The notes below the pieces were generated by a model that had not been told where the DNA came from, did no database searches, and worked only from the letters and a program-made list of their open reading frames with translations. From NCBI RefSeq assembly GCF_009914755.1, contig NC_060926.1: a stretch of DNA of 64,000 nt. One strand, written 5' to 3'. This document shows positions 35,260-58,948 of the stretch, piece by piece. Each line of letters starts with the position of its first letter. The first letter of the stretch is position 1. Position numbers and translations under genes: made by a program. The stretch comes from the human T2T-CHM13v2.0 reference genome, Homo sapiens.

Positions 35260-36332
35260 CATTCTCCCCCTCTTGCTGTCTTTCTCAGATATGAGTCTCT
35301 CCTCCAATGGCCATTTTAAGCTTGCTCTTTTGCTCTGTAATACAAGGCCTGTTCCCTGTTAAAAGGAATGTCAGGCATCTGTGAGCAGGTAGGGAAAACA
35401 TTGCAGGAGGCAAGTAAACTTCTCAGCATACCTGCCATCATTCATACCTTGAAGGCAGGTCAAGCCTGTAGCGTCTGAGTCTTCCATCCCTGAAGCACCA
35501 GCAGCTCTGACTAGAGGTCCTGTCTCCCAGCTGTGGCCCCAGCTCTCCCTGATGGTGACAGTTGCGACTTCCAAACTTGCTCCTCCCCATATCTGTAACT
35601 GAGCCCAGCGTACATTTGCCTCATGGGTGCCATTGGACTTCCTTTGTGAGCCATGTTTTCTTTCACCTTGTCCCAATCCACAGTTAACCAAATCTTGGCC
35701 CAAATTATGTGCTGGCTGGTGTTGGGCAGCTGTGAGACCCCTCCTTGCCCCATCTCTGTCTTCTAGGCTCTTCTGAGAACCAGTGTCCTTTGAGATCTCA
35801 GATGGGATTTAGAGGAGGGTTTCCACCCAGACCACTTTCCACAAATTTCACTTCTGCATTTCATCTGGTAGGGTGTGGTTTTCAACTAGAAGCCCAAATG
35901 AGGAAGAAAAAAATTCATTCACCATTCAGGACAGGGTGTTCACATTTGAACCAGGCAGAAATAGCTGAAAGAAACTGAATTCTAAAGGGACTCTCAGCTT
36001 TTGGGGGAGACATATTTGAGTGCAGGAGGCTAGACCACCCACTGGCTGGCTCTTTGCTCCTCACTGAGGCCAGCCTTGACTCTAAACAGATAACACAGGG
36101 CCAAAACACACCCAGCCAGCTTTGATAAGCAACCGTCTCTGCCAAACAGTTTCTTTCACAGGGCCCAGATGATCTCATCACAGAGGCTGCATTCTCTGGT
36201 ATCTGTTCCAAGCACAGACTCACTTCTCATTACCTTTGCAAATAATAGTCAATCTATCCTGAGAAGCTCCTTTATATCCCATACTGGGCTAAGGTCTGAA
36301 GAGGGTACAGTTAAAGAACCCATGATCTCAGA

Positions 36333-36630
36333 CTGGGCATGGCAGCTCATGCCTATAATCCCAGCACTTTTGGGAGGCCAAGGCAGGAGGACCGCTTTAG
36401 CCCAGGAGTCCAAGACCAGCCTGGGCAACATAGTGAGAACTCTTGAGACCTTGTCTCTACAAAAAATAAACAAAATTAGCCATGCATGGTGGCTTGCACC
36501 TGCCTGTAGGAAGCTGAAGCAGGTGAGCCTGGGACGCAAAGGTTGCAGTGAGCCAAAATCGCACCACTGCACTCCAGCCTGCGCGACAGAGACTGTCTCA
36601 CAAAAAAGAAAAGAAAAGAAAAAAAAAAAA
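36333..36630 (+). mobile_element. AluJ, degenerate
   Basis: TSD ACCCATGAT. Confidence 0.85.
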
Positions 36631-36833
36631 GGACCCATGATTCCTCATGAAGCTTGCCTCTGGATCTAATTCATGGTTCTCTATTTCCACAAGCTTTGTG
36701 GAGCAAGGGGCTCATGACACTTCATCTTTATGGTACAGATAACTCACCGAAACTGGATTCCTTTAGCTACTGGTCCCACACCACTCCCTCCAGGAGCCAC
36801 CTTCCCTCTCCATGTTTTTCTCATGAATTTTGA

Positions 36834-37165
<332 letters not shown>

Positions 37166-37169
37166 AAAA

Positions 37170-37670
37170 TAAAAATAGATTTTAAAAATGAAAATAAAAA
37201 TAACATAATAAGATGAACACCACCTCGGTGATCTGTGGGATAGTATCAAGTGGTCTAACATAATTGGAGCCCCCCCAAAATGAGGGAAGGCTAAAAAAAA
37301 AAAGCCAAAATTTTTCTAAACTTGAAACTGTTTAAAGCAAAAAATAATAACAATGCCTTATGAGGTTTATAACATATGTAGAAATAAAATGAATAATCAT
37401 AATAGCCCATCAGGGGGCTGAGGTGGGAGGATTGCCTGAGCCCAGGAGTTTAAGGCTGTGATGCACTATGATCATGCCTGTGAATGGCCTCTGCACTCCA
37501 GCCTGGACAACATAGTGAGACTCTGTCTCCAAAGAAAAAATGGAGGAAAAAAGAAAAAGAAAAAGAAAGAAAATAATGGCCCAAAGGATAGAAGAGAAGA
37601 AATGAGAATAGACTGTTATAAAGCTCTTCGATTTTGTGTGGAGGAGTATAATAACATTTGAAGGTATTCT
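37170..37670 (+). mobile_element. Old L1M fragments with a FAM/FRAM monomer (37413-37574)
   Basis: A-rich L1M-like text (GATCTGTGGGATAGTATCAAG; ATAACATATGTAGAAATAAAATG). Confidence 0.5.
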
Positions 37671-37834
37671 GGGTTAAGCAGTTTATCCGAGGTGTCACAT
37701 ATGATGGAGCTAGGATCCAAATTAAGCTTTCCAGATTCAAAGCTTTTTGTGGGGAGAGGAGATGTGAGGTTAGGCTCACACATGCCACAAGACAGTTTCC
37801 CCAAAGGCTGCGGGAATTAAGTGCTTTCATCTCT

Positions 37835-38873
<1,039 letters not shown>

Positions 38874-39749
38874 AATCTCTAAAACTTCCTCTTTTTGATG
38901 CTCCCAGTCTTTAGAATGTAAAGAAGCTCCGCCCCTACCCATGCATGGGCCAAGTATAAAGTGAGTGTTGATAGCAGGATATTAAGTTGACAAAATAAAC
39001 CAGATTCAGGATCTAAGAGCCACAGGGGAAAATCATGAAGTGGGGACTGGTTGGACTGGTTTTTCTCATAAATCTCAATGACTTTGATCCCAACCAGGTG
39101 GAATTTTAAAGTTAATTGATTTAGGGAGGAACACCTGAGCAGCTGCACCGTGTGTGAGCCCTGTGCTAGGCCCAGTGGGGAAGCCAGGTGAGTCAGGTGC
39201 TGCTGCCTTACGGGAGCTCATAGGATTCGCCTCTACAGAAGGTGTGATGGAACAGGTCAGTCACTAGCCAAGGTGTGAGTAACAGGCTGTGCAAGTTCAA
39301 AATCAAGAGAGTGATTCATTTCCCCTGGGGGAGCATCAGCCAGACTGCTTCACTGAGGAGAAGGCAGTGGCGACATCTCTCTAAATATCTGACTGTGGAA
39401 TCCATAGCCCAGAGAAGGTCTTGTGTGTCGATTAGAGACAAGCAAAGGAAAACAAATCTACCAGGAATGCTGGTGTTTTCCTGGAGAGTGTTTCACTGAT
39501 CACGGGGTAGTGCTCTTTGCTCAGTGGAGAGGTACAAAGCTGTCTAGCCCCTGCTTGCTCTGAGGGGGAATTCTCTGGGCTCTCGGAACCTCTTATTTTC
39601 CCTTCTGGTTCTCCACTTGGGGTGAGTGCTTATCACCACCTTCTGTAGAGATTGAGGAAAGTGGAGAAGGTACACAGAGGCTTTGGAGTTGCTAGCGATC
39701 TCAATGACATCTTGTAAGAGAGCTGGTGGCTCAAGAAGGAGAGAGCAGG

Positions 39750-40512
<763 letters not shown>

Positions 40513-40613
40513 AATACTGAGTTTCTTGGTTTTGCTCTGGAACTAGACTAATGAATTCCAATCCTCATGGAAGCCCTGTGTGAAGCATTTCATGGAGAAA
40601 AATTTGTATGATG

Positions 40614-41072
40614 CAGTGGTTTGCAAATGGGGGAAATTTGGCATACAGTGACATTTGGTGATGTCTATAGGCATTTTGCATTGTCATAATTGGAGGATAC
40701 TGCAAGACGTCTGGTGGGTAGAGGCCAGGGATATTGCAAAATATCCTACTATGTTGCCCTGCAGGATAGCACCCCATAAGAAACAATGATTTTGGCCGGG
40801 CATGGTGGCGCACGCCTGTAATTCCAACAGTTTGGGAGGCCGAGGAGGGCAGATCACTTGAGGTTAGGAGTTTGAAACCAGCCTGGACAACATGGTGAAA
40901 CCCCATCTCTACTAAAAATACAAATAAATTAGCCGGGTGTGGTGGCAGGCACCTGTAATCCCAGCTACTCTGGAGGCTGCGGCAGGAGAATTGCTTGAAC
41001 GGGGAGGTGGAGGTTGCAGTAAGCCGAGATCGTGCCACTGTACTCTACCCTGGGCAACAGAGCAAGACTCCG

Positions 41073-41103
<31 letters not shown>

Positions 41104-41162
41104 TAAAATAAAAGAAACAATGATTTGGCCCCAAATATCAATAGTGCTGAGGTTTGAGAAAT
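40614..41162 (-). mobile_element. MER20 split by AluS (40794-41112, +)
   Basis: CAGTGGTTTGCAAATGGGGG...AATAGTGCTGAGGTTTGAGAA; Alu TSD AAGAAACAATGATTT. Confidence 0.75.
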
Positions 41163-41319
41163 GAATTTTTAGTACCCTTAGCACATGGTTTGGACTTGTT
41201 TGCTGCAGGATGCTGGGCCTGGAAGATATAAGATTGCAAGTAGCCACGGCTCCTAAAGAATGACTGAGTGGCTGCTTCCAGAAAAGTAGGTCAGAATCAG
41301 CAGAAAAACAACTTAATGA

Positions 41320-41622
41320 GGCCGGGCGCGGTGGCTCACGCCTGTAATCCCAGCACTTTGGGAGGTCGAGGCGGGTGGATCACGAGGTCAGGAGTTCGAG
41401 ACCAGCCTGGCCAACATGGTGAAACCCCGTCTCTACTAAAAACACAAAAATTAGCCAGGCGTGGTGGTGGGCGCCTGTAGTCCCAGCTACTCGGGAGGCT
41501 GAGGCAGAAGAATTGCTTGAACCCCGGAGGCGGAGATAGATGGCAGTGAGCCAAGACTGTGCCACTGCACTCCAGCCTGGGCAACAGAGCACGACTCCAT
41601 GTCAAAACAAAACAAAAAAAAA
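41320..41622 (+). mobile_element. AluSg-like
   Basis: CpG-rich dimer. Confidence 0.92.
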
Positions 41623-41825
41623 ATTAATGGTGTACTTGGGACTATACTATCAGCCTCAACAAATAGACTTGGGGCCCAGCAGCTGTGCCAAGCTCCCGAA
41701 GACCCACCAGCCTGAACTGTCCATCCCTTTTCCTCATGCAACTTTGCCACCCACATCACCCACCATCCCTCACCTTTGGTCTTCACTGGGGCAGCTCTCC
41801 ATTCAACTAACTCCCCCGCGCTTAA

Positions 41826-42187
<362 letters not shown>

Positions 42188-42810
42188 CAGTGTCTACTTT
42201 TCTTTATCAGGCTAAACAGCTCAGGACACAGATAGAATTTGGACTTAGGTCCGTGTGAATCCAAAGGGCCATGCTCAACTGAGCAGCCGGCACTGCCTCG
42301 CTGAACAGCCAGGATTCTGGGAGTGCTACTTTGTACAACATTTTATGAAATGTTTCTGGCCTCCTTCTAGACCAGAGCAGAAAGGGGTGGTTAGGATGTT
42401 CTAAATACCAACCCCCTCTACTCCATCCCCAGGTTCATGACAACTTTTTAAGCTGAGCATACTGCAATCACTTAATTCTTCTAGACCTAAGATAAGCCAG
42501 TAGCCACGTCCACTCTGAGCCTGTGAGCAGGCAGGATCAAGTCTAAGAGCATCTCTTCTTTGGAATCTTAAGGCCTAGGATCCCAGCAGTTTTGGGGTCT
42601 AAAGACTTTTCAGGCTCCCGAAACTCCCTCTATTTTTAATAATTTTAAATGTTTCCCCAATACTTAGCTAAGCAAAGAAGGAAAAAGTGTACTTTTATTA
42701 CACAGTCAGTTCTGGATAATTCTAGGGGAAATTCTTCCATTTTAGAAATCTCTGCTTTCTTCTTTTCTCCCAGATTCTTCTCATTAATTCCCTCAGTAAA
42801 TATTTGTCTG

Positions 42811-43118
42811 TGGCAGGGTGCAGTGCTCGTGCCTGTAATCCCAGCACTTTTGGAGGCTGAGGTGGACGAATCACCTGAGGTCAGGAGTTTGAAACCAGCC
42901 TGGCCATCATGGTGAAACCTCGTCTCTACTAACAGCACAAAAATTAGCTGGGCATGGTGGTGCGTGCCTGTAATCCCAGCTACTTGGGAGGCTGAGGCAG
43001 GAGAATTGCTTGAACCAGGAGGCGGAGGTTGCAGTGAGCCAAGATCACGCCACTGCATGCCAGCCTGGGTGACAGAGCAAGACTCTGTCTCGGGAAAAAA
43101 AAAAAAAAAAAACTATAT

Positions 43119-43151
<33 letters not shown>

Positions 43152-43167
43152 AAATGTACATATATAT
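42811..43167 (+). mobile_element. AluS with a (TA)n/(TACA)n tail extension
   Basis: Dimer to 43113, then an AT microsatellite. Confidence 0.9.
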
Positions 43168-43489
43168 TTATCTGGCACCTACTAGATGCCCCAGGTACCA
43201 TGGTAGGCACAGGTGTACAGTGATGAAGAGCATTTTCCTATAAAATATTACCCAGGCTGACTCCAAGTTTTAATACCTCAGGTAGGAAAAGGAGGAGAGT
43301 GTTAGTAAAATGTTTGCCGTTGAATTTCACCAGCGTAAAAACAACATTCTGGGAAATAATTATCTGCACTTCAGTTCTTTGGGGTGGTACCGGAGGGAAT
43401 CTTTACAAAGGTGGTATTAATGGAGAAGAGGAAGGGAAGGATCCTTAGTGATGGGTTGTTTTTCCAAGCACCTCGATCTAGTGGATTTC

Positions 43490-43773
<284 letters not shown>

Positions 43774-43929
43774 AGTATTTCCTATAAATAAATGCTCCTA
43801 TAAATAAATAGTACAAATACCTTTCCAAATCTGAGAACTACTAGTGAGCATCAGTTTTAGAGATAAATAGAACAAAGCTCCTTTTCTGCAGTAAGAATAT
43901 ATTAGCTTAATGTTGCTTTTTAAAAAAGT

Positions 43930-44340
43930 TTCCACTGACCTTAAAAACACTGAAATCCAAGAAATTGGATTCTGGAATCTGAGGGCGAGGGAATCCCAGG
44001 GTTGTGGACACGCGGTCACATCAACAACAAAAACAAAAAGGAAATGAAAAAAAAAAAGGGACAGCAGCCTGAAATACTAAGAATCCAGGTCCCTGCAGGA
44101 AGCCCAGGGGACTGCCAGGAACACAGCCCCATCCCGGCCACGTGATCATTCTCTAGCCTTCCCCTGGGGCCTGGAGACAAAGGAGAGGGGAGGAGACTTG
44201 GGGACAAAGAGCAAGAGCTGTAGAGTCTAGCCCTGGGGTGAGGATGCCACGGCTACCCGGCTGTGAGTTTCTGCCTTTGTTTTTTGATCTTTCCCAAAGG
44301 AAGTTAAACATTAATCCGAGCTGTAAAAGGACTAAGTAAG
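43930..44340. promoter_or_regulatory. Candidate bidirectional promoter (EPCAM-DT minus / distal EPCAM 5' exon plus)
   Basis: Repeat-free with several CpGs; E-box CACGTG 44139-44144; HNF1-like GTTAAACATTAAT 44303-44315; plus donor CT|GTGAGT at 44263; minus donor AAG|GTCAGT near 43939. Confidence 0.45.
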
Positions 44341-45316
44341 CAAAGGTGCCTGTGAGAACCTCTAAGGCACCTGGTCATCCAGTCTGCCCGCCACACTGAG
44401 AGCAAAGCGTAAAGGGGAAAGGCTTTCACAACCAGCTCGAGCCCCCAGCCCCTCCTTTCGGGGTTCTTCCCTGCCTTTCAGAGTCTCCCCTCCCACTTCT
44501 CCTTTGGATCTCTGGGCGAACCTCTTTCCTTTCTGCCTCCATCTTAGCATTTATGCCTTAAGTTGCTGTCCCTATGCTGAAATAAATTCATTACAGAAAA
44601 GTATGCTCCCTGATAAATGGGTATCAGGTAACGACCAATGGTGAGAAGGGAGATAGTTTTTGTTCTTTGATGTTGTTTAAAAAAATTGCAAATGTCATGA
44701 CAACGAGGCCAGTCAAGAAGACAAGGTGAAAGCCGGACAGAGATTCAGGTCCTTGCATGGCTGTGGAATCCATTTCCTCTGGGTACAGTGAAACTGCTTC
44801 CCCTAGCTTCCATTTATGATGATTTCCATTATTTGGAACGTTTGTTACTCTTTCTCTCTCTTTCTGTCACACACATGGGTACAGTGAGAGCTAGATGCAG
44901 TTTAGAAACCAAATCTCTGTTGAACAGACTGTTAATTTAAATTTTTGAAAACAAGGAAAAAGGAATAAAAATTCTAGTTCTGTAGTTCAGTGTTGAGTTT
45001 ATTTTCCTTGTCTTGTTATTAGGAGTTTTGCCTTTGTCTCCTACCTGCTTCTGTTCCTCTCTGATTTCTCTTGTGGCTGATGGAGAGGAATTTTGGTATT
45101 GCATGTTCTTCTGAGACTCCTGGCGATGCTTTCCCAATTATAGAGCGAAAATACTCATTATGAGGCCAGTTTTAAAAATGGCCAGCTAGGCAGATATAAG
45201 GTTTTTCATGGTTGTTTAATTAATCTGTAATTAGCTCTGAGGGCACCACTTTTCTTTAATTTTGTTTTTGTTTGTTTCTTTGTTTGTTTTTGTAATGGAG
45301 ATACTTACCTACAATA

Positions 45317-45790
45317 GGCTGAACACAGTGAGTCACACCTGTAATCCTATCACTTTGGGAGGCCAGGCTGGAGAATAGTTTGAAGCCAGGAATTTGGGTC
45401 CAGCCTGGGAAACATAGTGAAACCCAAGTCTCAAATAAAAATAAAAATAATAATTTACATATAATAAAACGCACAGCTCTTAGAGGTACAGAGAGTGTTG
45501 ACAAATGCATACACGTGTGTAGCCCACACCTCTATCAAAATATAGAACATTTCCATCACCTCCTAAGGATTTCCTCATGCCTTTTCCCAAGGGAGGGGAC
45601 TCCCAACTCCCTCCCTGTCCCAGGCAACTTTGTTCTGATTTCTGTCACCATAGATTAGCTTTGCTTGTTTTAGAATTCTGTATCAATGGACTAATACAGT
45701 GTGTACTCTTTTATATATGGCTTTTATTACTTAGCATAATGCTCTGAGGTTTCTCCGTGTTGTTGCAGATATCCGTAGTTCCTTCTGACC
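45317..45790. mobile_element. FLAM (+, 45317-45448) adjoining an L1M 3' fragment (-)
   Basis: ATATAGAACATTTCCATCACC...TGATTTCTGTCACCATAGATTAG is typical of L1MC/ME. Confidence 0.75.
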
Positions 45791-45888
45791 TTCAAAACAA
45801 AGGTACCTTTGATGGAAAACCCCCACAATTTATTAAGTGCCCTATGTATAGGATCTGTTCGTAGGCACTGTGCTTGGTGTTGAAGAAG

Positions 45889-46447
45889 TGCAGTGGCTTT
45901 CTTCTGTGTCAACTTAGCTGAGCTGGAACATTTCCCAGAATTCCTGTCCCTGTATATTCTGGGTTAGCGTTGGCTACCAGAGAAATTTGCAGTGTTTGGA
46001 AGGTGTAGGAAACAGCAGCCTTTTTTCTTTTTTACTGCTCTGAAGGTAAAGCGCAGGCAGCAGGCACTGAGGCAGCTCCCATGCATTGTTCCAGTGACGC
46101 TTAGTTCACCGGCATGAGGCTGTATCTGGACCGCGGCTCCCCTAGCCCCATCAGAACTTCATCAGCACTCCTAGCATGTAGGTTCAAAGTGGGGAGAAGT
46201 AGACCTGGGTTCCAGTTGTCCTTGTGAGTTTCCATGTGTCCTCACTCTCATTCAGGTCCAGCTTTCTTTTCCGACGCCAGTGAGACCACAGAGACTTTAG
46301 GCTAAACAAACTAGATACAGAGGCAGCAGTCTTGTTGTTTTCCACCAGTTCCCACAATTGTGTGATTCTATATCATCCCTATATAAGTCCCTTATTCTCT
46401 ATCCTTCCTAATGGCTCTGCTTCTCTGATCAAATCCTGACTGATTCA
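45889..46447 (+). mobile_element. MLT2 (ERVL) LTR
   Basis: TGTGTCAACTTAGCTGAGCT...CTCTGCTTCTCTGATCAAATCCTGACTGATTCA. Confidence 0.75.
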
Positions 46448-46838
46448 GGAGAGACATCAGCATCCATGTGGACAACACATCCAGCCAAACCAGCTTGGCC
46501 TCCTGGCTGCTTAGATTTGGAAGCCATTCGTGGTTACCTGCTATCCACTTCCGCAGTCCTCTGCTGCAGCCACGCACTGGACACTAAGAACCCTTGGAAC
46601 TGCTCCACCTCTCCATCTCCCTGCTCAAATTTCGGGTTCCTCCCATTTTCTTACTCCCTTTCTCTCACTTACCTGCCCTTGGACCTCATCTAGAATTCCT
46701 GCCCTTGGCTTCTCCTTTTTGTCTCAGTCCATCAGCCTCCTCCAGCTTCCTTGTACCTCCTCTCCAATCTATACCTCACTGAATATCACCTTACCCACTT
46801 GCCTGCCAGGAGCTTCGGTGCTGTTAAGAAAAATTATT

Positions 46839-47450
<612 letters not shown>

Positions 47451-47560
47451 TGTATCCAAAACTTGGAAACAAGAAAAGAGGATGACTGCATGTCCTTTCA
47501 AAGTTGTTTAATGTGGTTTACAGGCTCACTCAAGGATTATTTAATTATTTAGAAGAATAA

Positions 47561-47922
<362 letters not shown>

Positions 47923-47958
47923 CAGCCTCACCTATTTCATTATATTCCCTTAAATGTA

Positions 47959-48828
<870 letters not shown>

Positions 48829-48920
48829 CTATATATAAAAATGAAAAGGCAATGTTAGAGCTATGTAGGAATGAATGCAAATTAATAAAATGTCATTGGA
48901 GTAAGAACAGAACTTACTGA

Positions 48921-50012
<1,092 letters not shown>

Positions 50013-50109
50013 CAATGCATTTTTTAAATAACCATTTTTTCCCATACCATTGAATGAATTATCCATCTCTTTCCAGGGGAATGAAATTCCCCTGTAAAGA
50101 TGAGCCCTT

Positions 50110-50430
<321 letters not shown>

Positions 50431-51035
50431 TCAATATCAATCAGAAGTTATTAAGTGCTATAGTTTGTCTGATGCAGAAGTAAACATTTAAAGTTTTGAC
50501 ATAAACTTTAGGGTTGGCAAGAGCATTAAGTGAGTTAATGCATACATGTTAGCTATTACATCACAAATCACTGAAATGTTGTAGTTTAATGTCAAATTAT
50601 TACAAGTTGCTAAAATAGACTTGCATGGGAATCTAAAGTACAGTAAAAATAATGCTTAATTATTAGCCAAAGTGCTCTCTCAGCTAAAATGTTTACTCAT
50701 TGGTCTGCCATGAATGCTTTCAAATAACAATCATTCTTTTTGGTGTTCAGGAAAAGATCAGTATCCAGACTTAAATTTGGGAGCTCTGAAAGGAAAGCAA
50801 TGAACTTTCCCTCCAACACTTTTGGATGTTTTTATGTACTCCCTCAACCCCATGGGCCCCCACGGTACCCTTATGATACTTTTGGGAACCATGATGTCTC
50901 TTTCTTCTGAAAAGCTCAATGCTGCACTCTGGTACTATTGCCTGATATTAATATGTAGTTATTTATTTTTTAACTTTATGTGTATGTCTGATCCCTCCCA
51001 ACTGGGATGGAAGCTTCTCAAGAACAGGATCTGAC

Positions 51036-53027
<1,992 letters not shown>

Positions 53028-53441
53028 CTAAATACCTAACCTTCGAGGTGTAACTCACTAGCACGTTGTCTCTCTAACAGTTTCCTAGCAGACAGTTCAG
53101 GTCTAGGATTGTATCCAGGGACAGAGCTAGAGAAGCCGGAGCCCCACTGTGGGGATGCTGATGAGGCAGACCCCTCAGTGAGGCCAGTGAACAGATGAGT
53201 CCACTGGGCTGGGCACCTGTGAGATGGGGCAGAGGAACACCCAGATAGGTTAAAGGGCATCTTGACACAACCAGAGTTTATCTGTAGCATAGTCTTCACA
53301 AACCAAGCCAGAACCCAAGCCAGAGCCGCATGAGAGTGAATTCCCATCTGGCTTTGGGGGACAAATGACTCATCCAAGGCTACACTCAGCGCTGAGTGGT
53401 GACTGGGAGCCAGTGCGCTCTGCTGACTGCTCCACTTTCAG

Positions 53442-53679
53442 AAATACTTGCAGATCTCAATTATCTAATTGCAATTGCAACGAGAACCAAAGCAGGGGAG
53501 CAGAGACAAACAATTTCTGAGGTAACCAGATGGCTTTATTAACTCAAGTTCTCACCTAAAATTGCCCTCAAGAATCCTGTGGGAATGGGTTGCAGTGGTG
53601 TGGCCCTGGATTCACAACCGACAGAGCTTCTGAATTCTGAGTGATCTGTACACAAACACACCTCTGCCTGGGTTACACG
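53442..53679 (+). other. Candidate non-coding exon within an enhancer-like island
   Basis: Branch-like CTGAC 53423-53427, then TGCTCCACTTTCAG acceptor (alternative acceptor TTGCAG| at 53454); donor ACG|GTAAGG at 53680. Confidence 0.35.
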
Positions 53680-54415
53680 GTAAGGGCCTCATGTACATAA
53701 TCGCAGCATGCTTTCCTAGAAATCGCTTGGTAGCGTGATGGGTGGGATTCAGAAGTCAGCAGGAACCCAAAGTGAGTGGAGAGGTCATGGCCATGAGTCA
53801 GAGGCCTCTATCCTTCAGCAGCCTCCAACAGGAAGCAGACAGGGAAGGTTCCTATAGTTACAAGGGCTTGGCTGGTTTATTACTTTCATTCTAATGGGCG
53901 TTTTTATAAGACATAAGCAAAGTACGAAATATTTTATAGCCATTCGGAGAGGAAGTCCGCCACACATTTCAAAGAATGAATGCCCTCTGTAAGGATAAGC
54001 AGCTAACTACAAGCTTCTTTTGGAATTGACTAGAAGTTATTAAGTACCAAAGCTTATCTGATACTCAAATAAATATTTCTCTAAGTTTTGACTCTTGAGA
54101 GGTAAACTTCAAGGTTGACAGCACCGAGGCTATGTGGTATACTAAAAGGGTGTGGGATTTAGAGTCCCACAGACCTAGGATCAAGATTTATGGCCACCAT
54201 TCACCAACACCAACAATAGGATCTTGGGTTTTACTTAATTTTGGTTAACTAGTTTTCTCATTTGTAAAATAAAAATAAATGATACCTAGCTCACAGTTTC
54301 TGTGAAGATTAAGTGAGATAATATGAAAGAAATCACATTGTACTTACCAAATGTTTCGTGTTCTTTTCTCTTCCTTCATATGTGTTAAGCTGAATTAACA
54401 AACTACTAAGTAAGA

Positions 54416-55656
<1,241 letters not shown>

Positions 55657-56016
55657 CTACTAAGGAAGATTTCTGGCCAGTAGCCAAATAGGACTTTGAA
55701 AATCTTTAAGAATAGGAAGAATCTGAAAAATAATCTTCAAAAAAGAAAGCAGCATGTTTCATGAAAATGTGTAATTATGTATAACTGGTAGTGGCCAGCC
55801 AATGCTAATTCTACTAATTCTGTGTACTAGAGTTATCTATGTGGATATCTAGAAACTCCTCAAGGGAATGTGTGAGGATGGAGAATTCATCTTGTTGACC
55901 ATGAATCTCTACAGAACTAAGTACAGAGCCTTATAGTTTGATAATTCATTGAAACAGAATCATTTTATATCCCCTTCGCACTAACTGGTTCTGAAATACC
56001 ATTCTCCTTGGGTAAT

Positions 56017-56324
56017 TTTGTTTTTTTGTTTTTTGTTTGTTTGAGACAGTCTCACTCCGTTGCCCAGGCTGGAGTACAGTGGTGGGCACTATATCGTCTC
56101 ACTGCAACCTCCACCTCCTGGGTTCAAGTGATGCTCCTGCCTCAGCCAACCGAGTAGCTGGAATTACAGGCATGTGCCAGCACGCCCGGCCAATTTTTGT
56201 TTTTTTAGTACAGACGAAGTTTCACCATGCTGGGCAAGCTGGTCTTGAACTCCTGGCCTCAAGAGATCTGATTGCTTTGACCTCCCAAAGTGCAAGGATT
56301 ACAGGCATGAGCCACTGTGCCTGG
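56017..56324 (-). mobile_element. AluS
   Basis: TSD GGTAATTTTG. Confidence 0.88.
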
Positions 56325-56845
56325 CCTCTTCAGGTAATTTTGGATCCCCTAAAGGCTCACTCACAGGCCGGCTCTCACATTTTTGCCCACACTTTATGTT
56401 CAAAACATGTATCAGTGGTTACCTATGCTTTCGGACAGAATATTCCTACAAGAGTGAGCCAGCTTGCACCACAGACAAGCCAAACTATGCCTGTGTCCTT
56501 ATCTATCGCTGCATAATCCCAATGGTTAGTGATCTCCATTCCACGGACCCCGTGCTGTCTCATACAAAGCATTTCGGACTTAAGGATAGAAGCAAACTGC
56601 CATGTCCTCTATGCCATGATGCTTACTAATCCTTTACCACTCTGAGATTTTCTTGGAGCTATTTATAGCTGATTTTCCTGGGCTGACTTTCGACCAAAGA
56701 GGAGATGGAAACTTTGTTCTTAACAGTGCTCCAACTGTGTGATTCAACTTGGCTGCATTCCAGCAAGTTCTGTGAGTTGTTAATGGAGGTGAGAAAGGAG
56801 TGGGGTGGGGAGTCACAGGGATGCTAACTGTAGATCTGCTTTTTC

Positions 56846-57468
<623 letters not shown>

Positions 57469-57578
57469 CTAGATTTGCTTTCTATAGGACTTTATATTGT
57501 CATCCTCATCACCACTATTTTAACAAGCTGCTAGTTTACCTAGTAAATCCTACATGAAATAGAAATGTGGTCATTATT

Positions 57579-58425
<847 letters not shown>

Positions 58426-58577
58426 TTATTACTTTATCTATTCACAACACTTCCCTACAGACTCCTGGAGTTCACCTTCTTTCCGTAAACAGGGAACCAA
58501 CCAACAGACACGACATATCCTCCCTCTCCCACTACTCTATCCACATTCTTGGTTTCCTTTTTTCTTTCACTTCCTTC

Positions 58578-58800
58578 TGGAACTTGAGAGCTTGTTTGGA
58601 GGTTCTAGCAGGGGAGCACAGCTACTTGTATACCCTTGACTGAAGACCAGTCCTCTATCGGGGCTGGTCGTCCTCTTCGACCTAGCATGCAGCTTTGGGA
58701 GGGACGCACATGGAGCGGTGAGAGAGGAAGGAGACACCTACCTATCCAGCCAGATCAGCTGAATCAACCCTGGCGATCAATGGGGTGACAGATGTCGTAG
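58578..58800 (-). pseudogene. RN7SKP119: 7SK snRNA retropseudogene, about nt 20-245 of 7SK (probably RN7SKP119; number from memory)
   Basis: Reverse complement reads CTACGACATCTGTCACCCCATTGATCGCCAGGGTTGATTCAGCTGATCTGGCTGG...CTAGAACCTCCAAACAAGCTCTCAAG, collinear with 7SK, with substitutions and a 3-nt deletion. Confidence 0.9.
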
Positions 58801-58948
58801 GAACCTTATCAATCTGGGTATTCTGAGTCAGTTTCGTGTACAGTGATGATGATGATTATGTATAGCTCAGCCAGACTATGACACTTGACAACTCCCTCAT
58901 CCTGAGTAGGAGTACAAATAAAATTAAGTTTGTGACATTTAGTTCATT

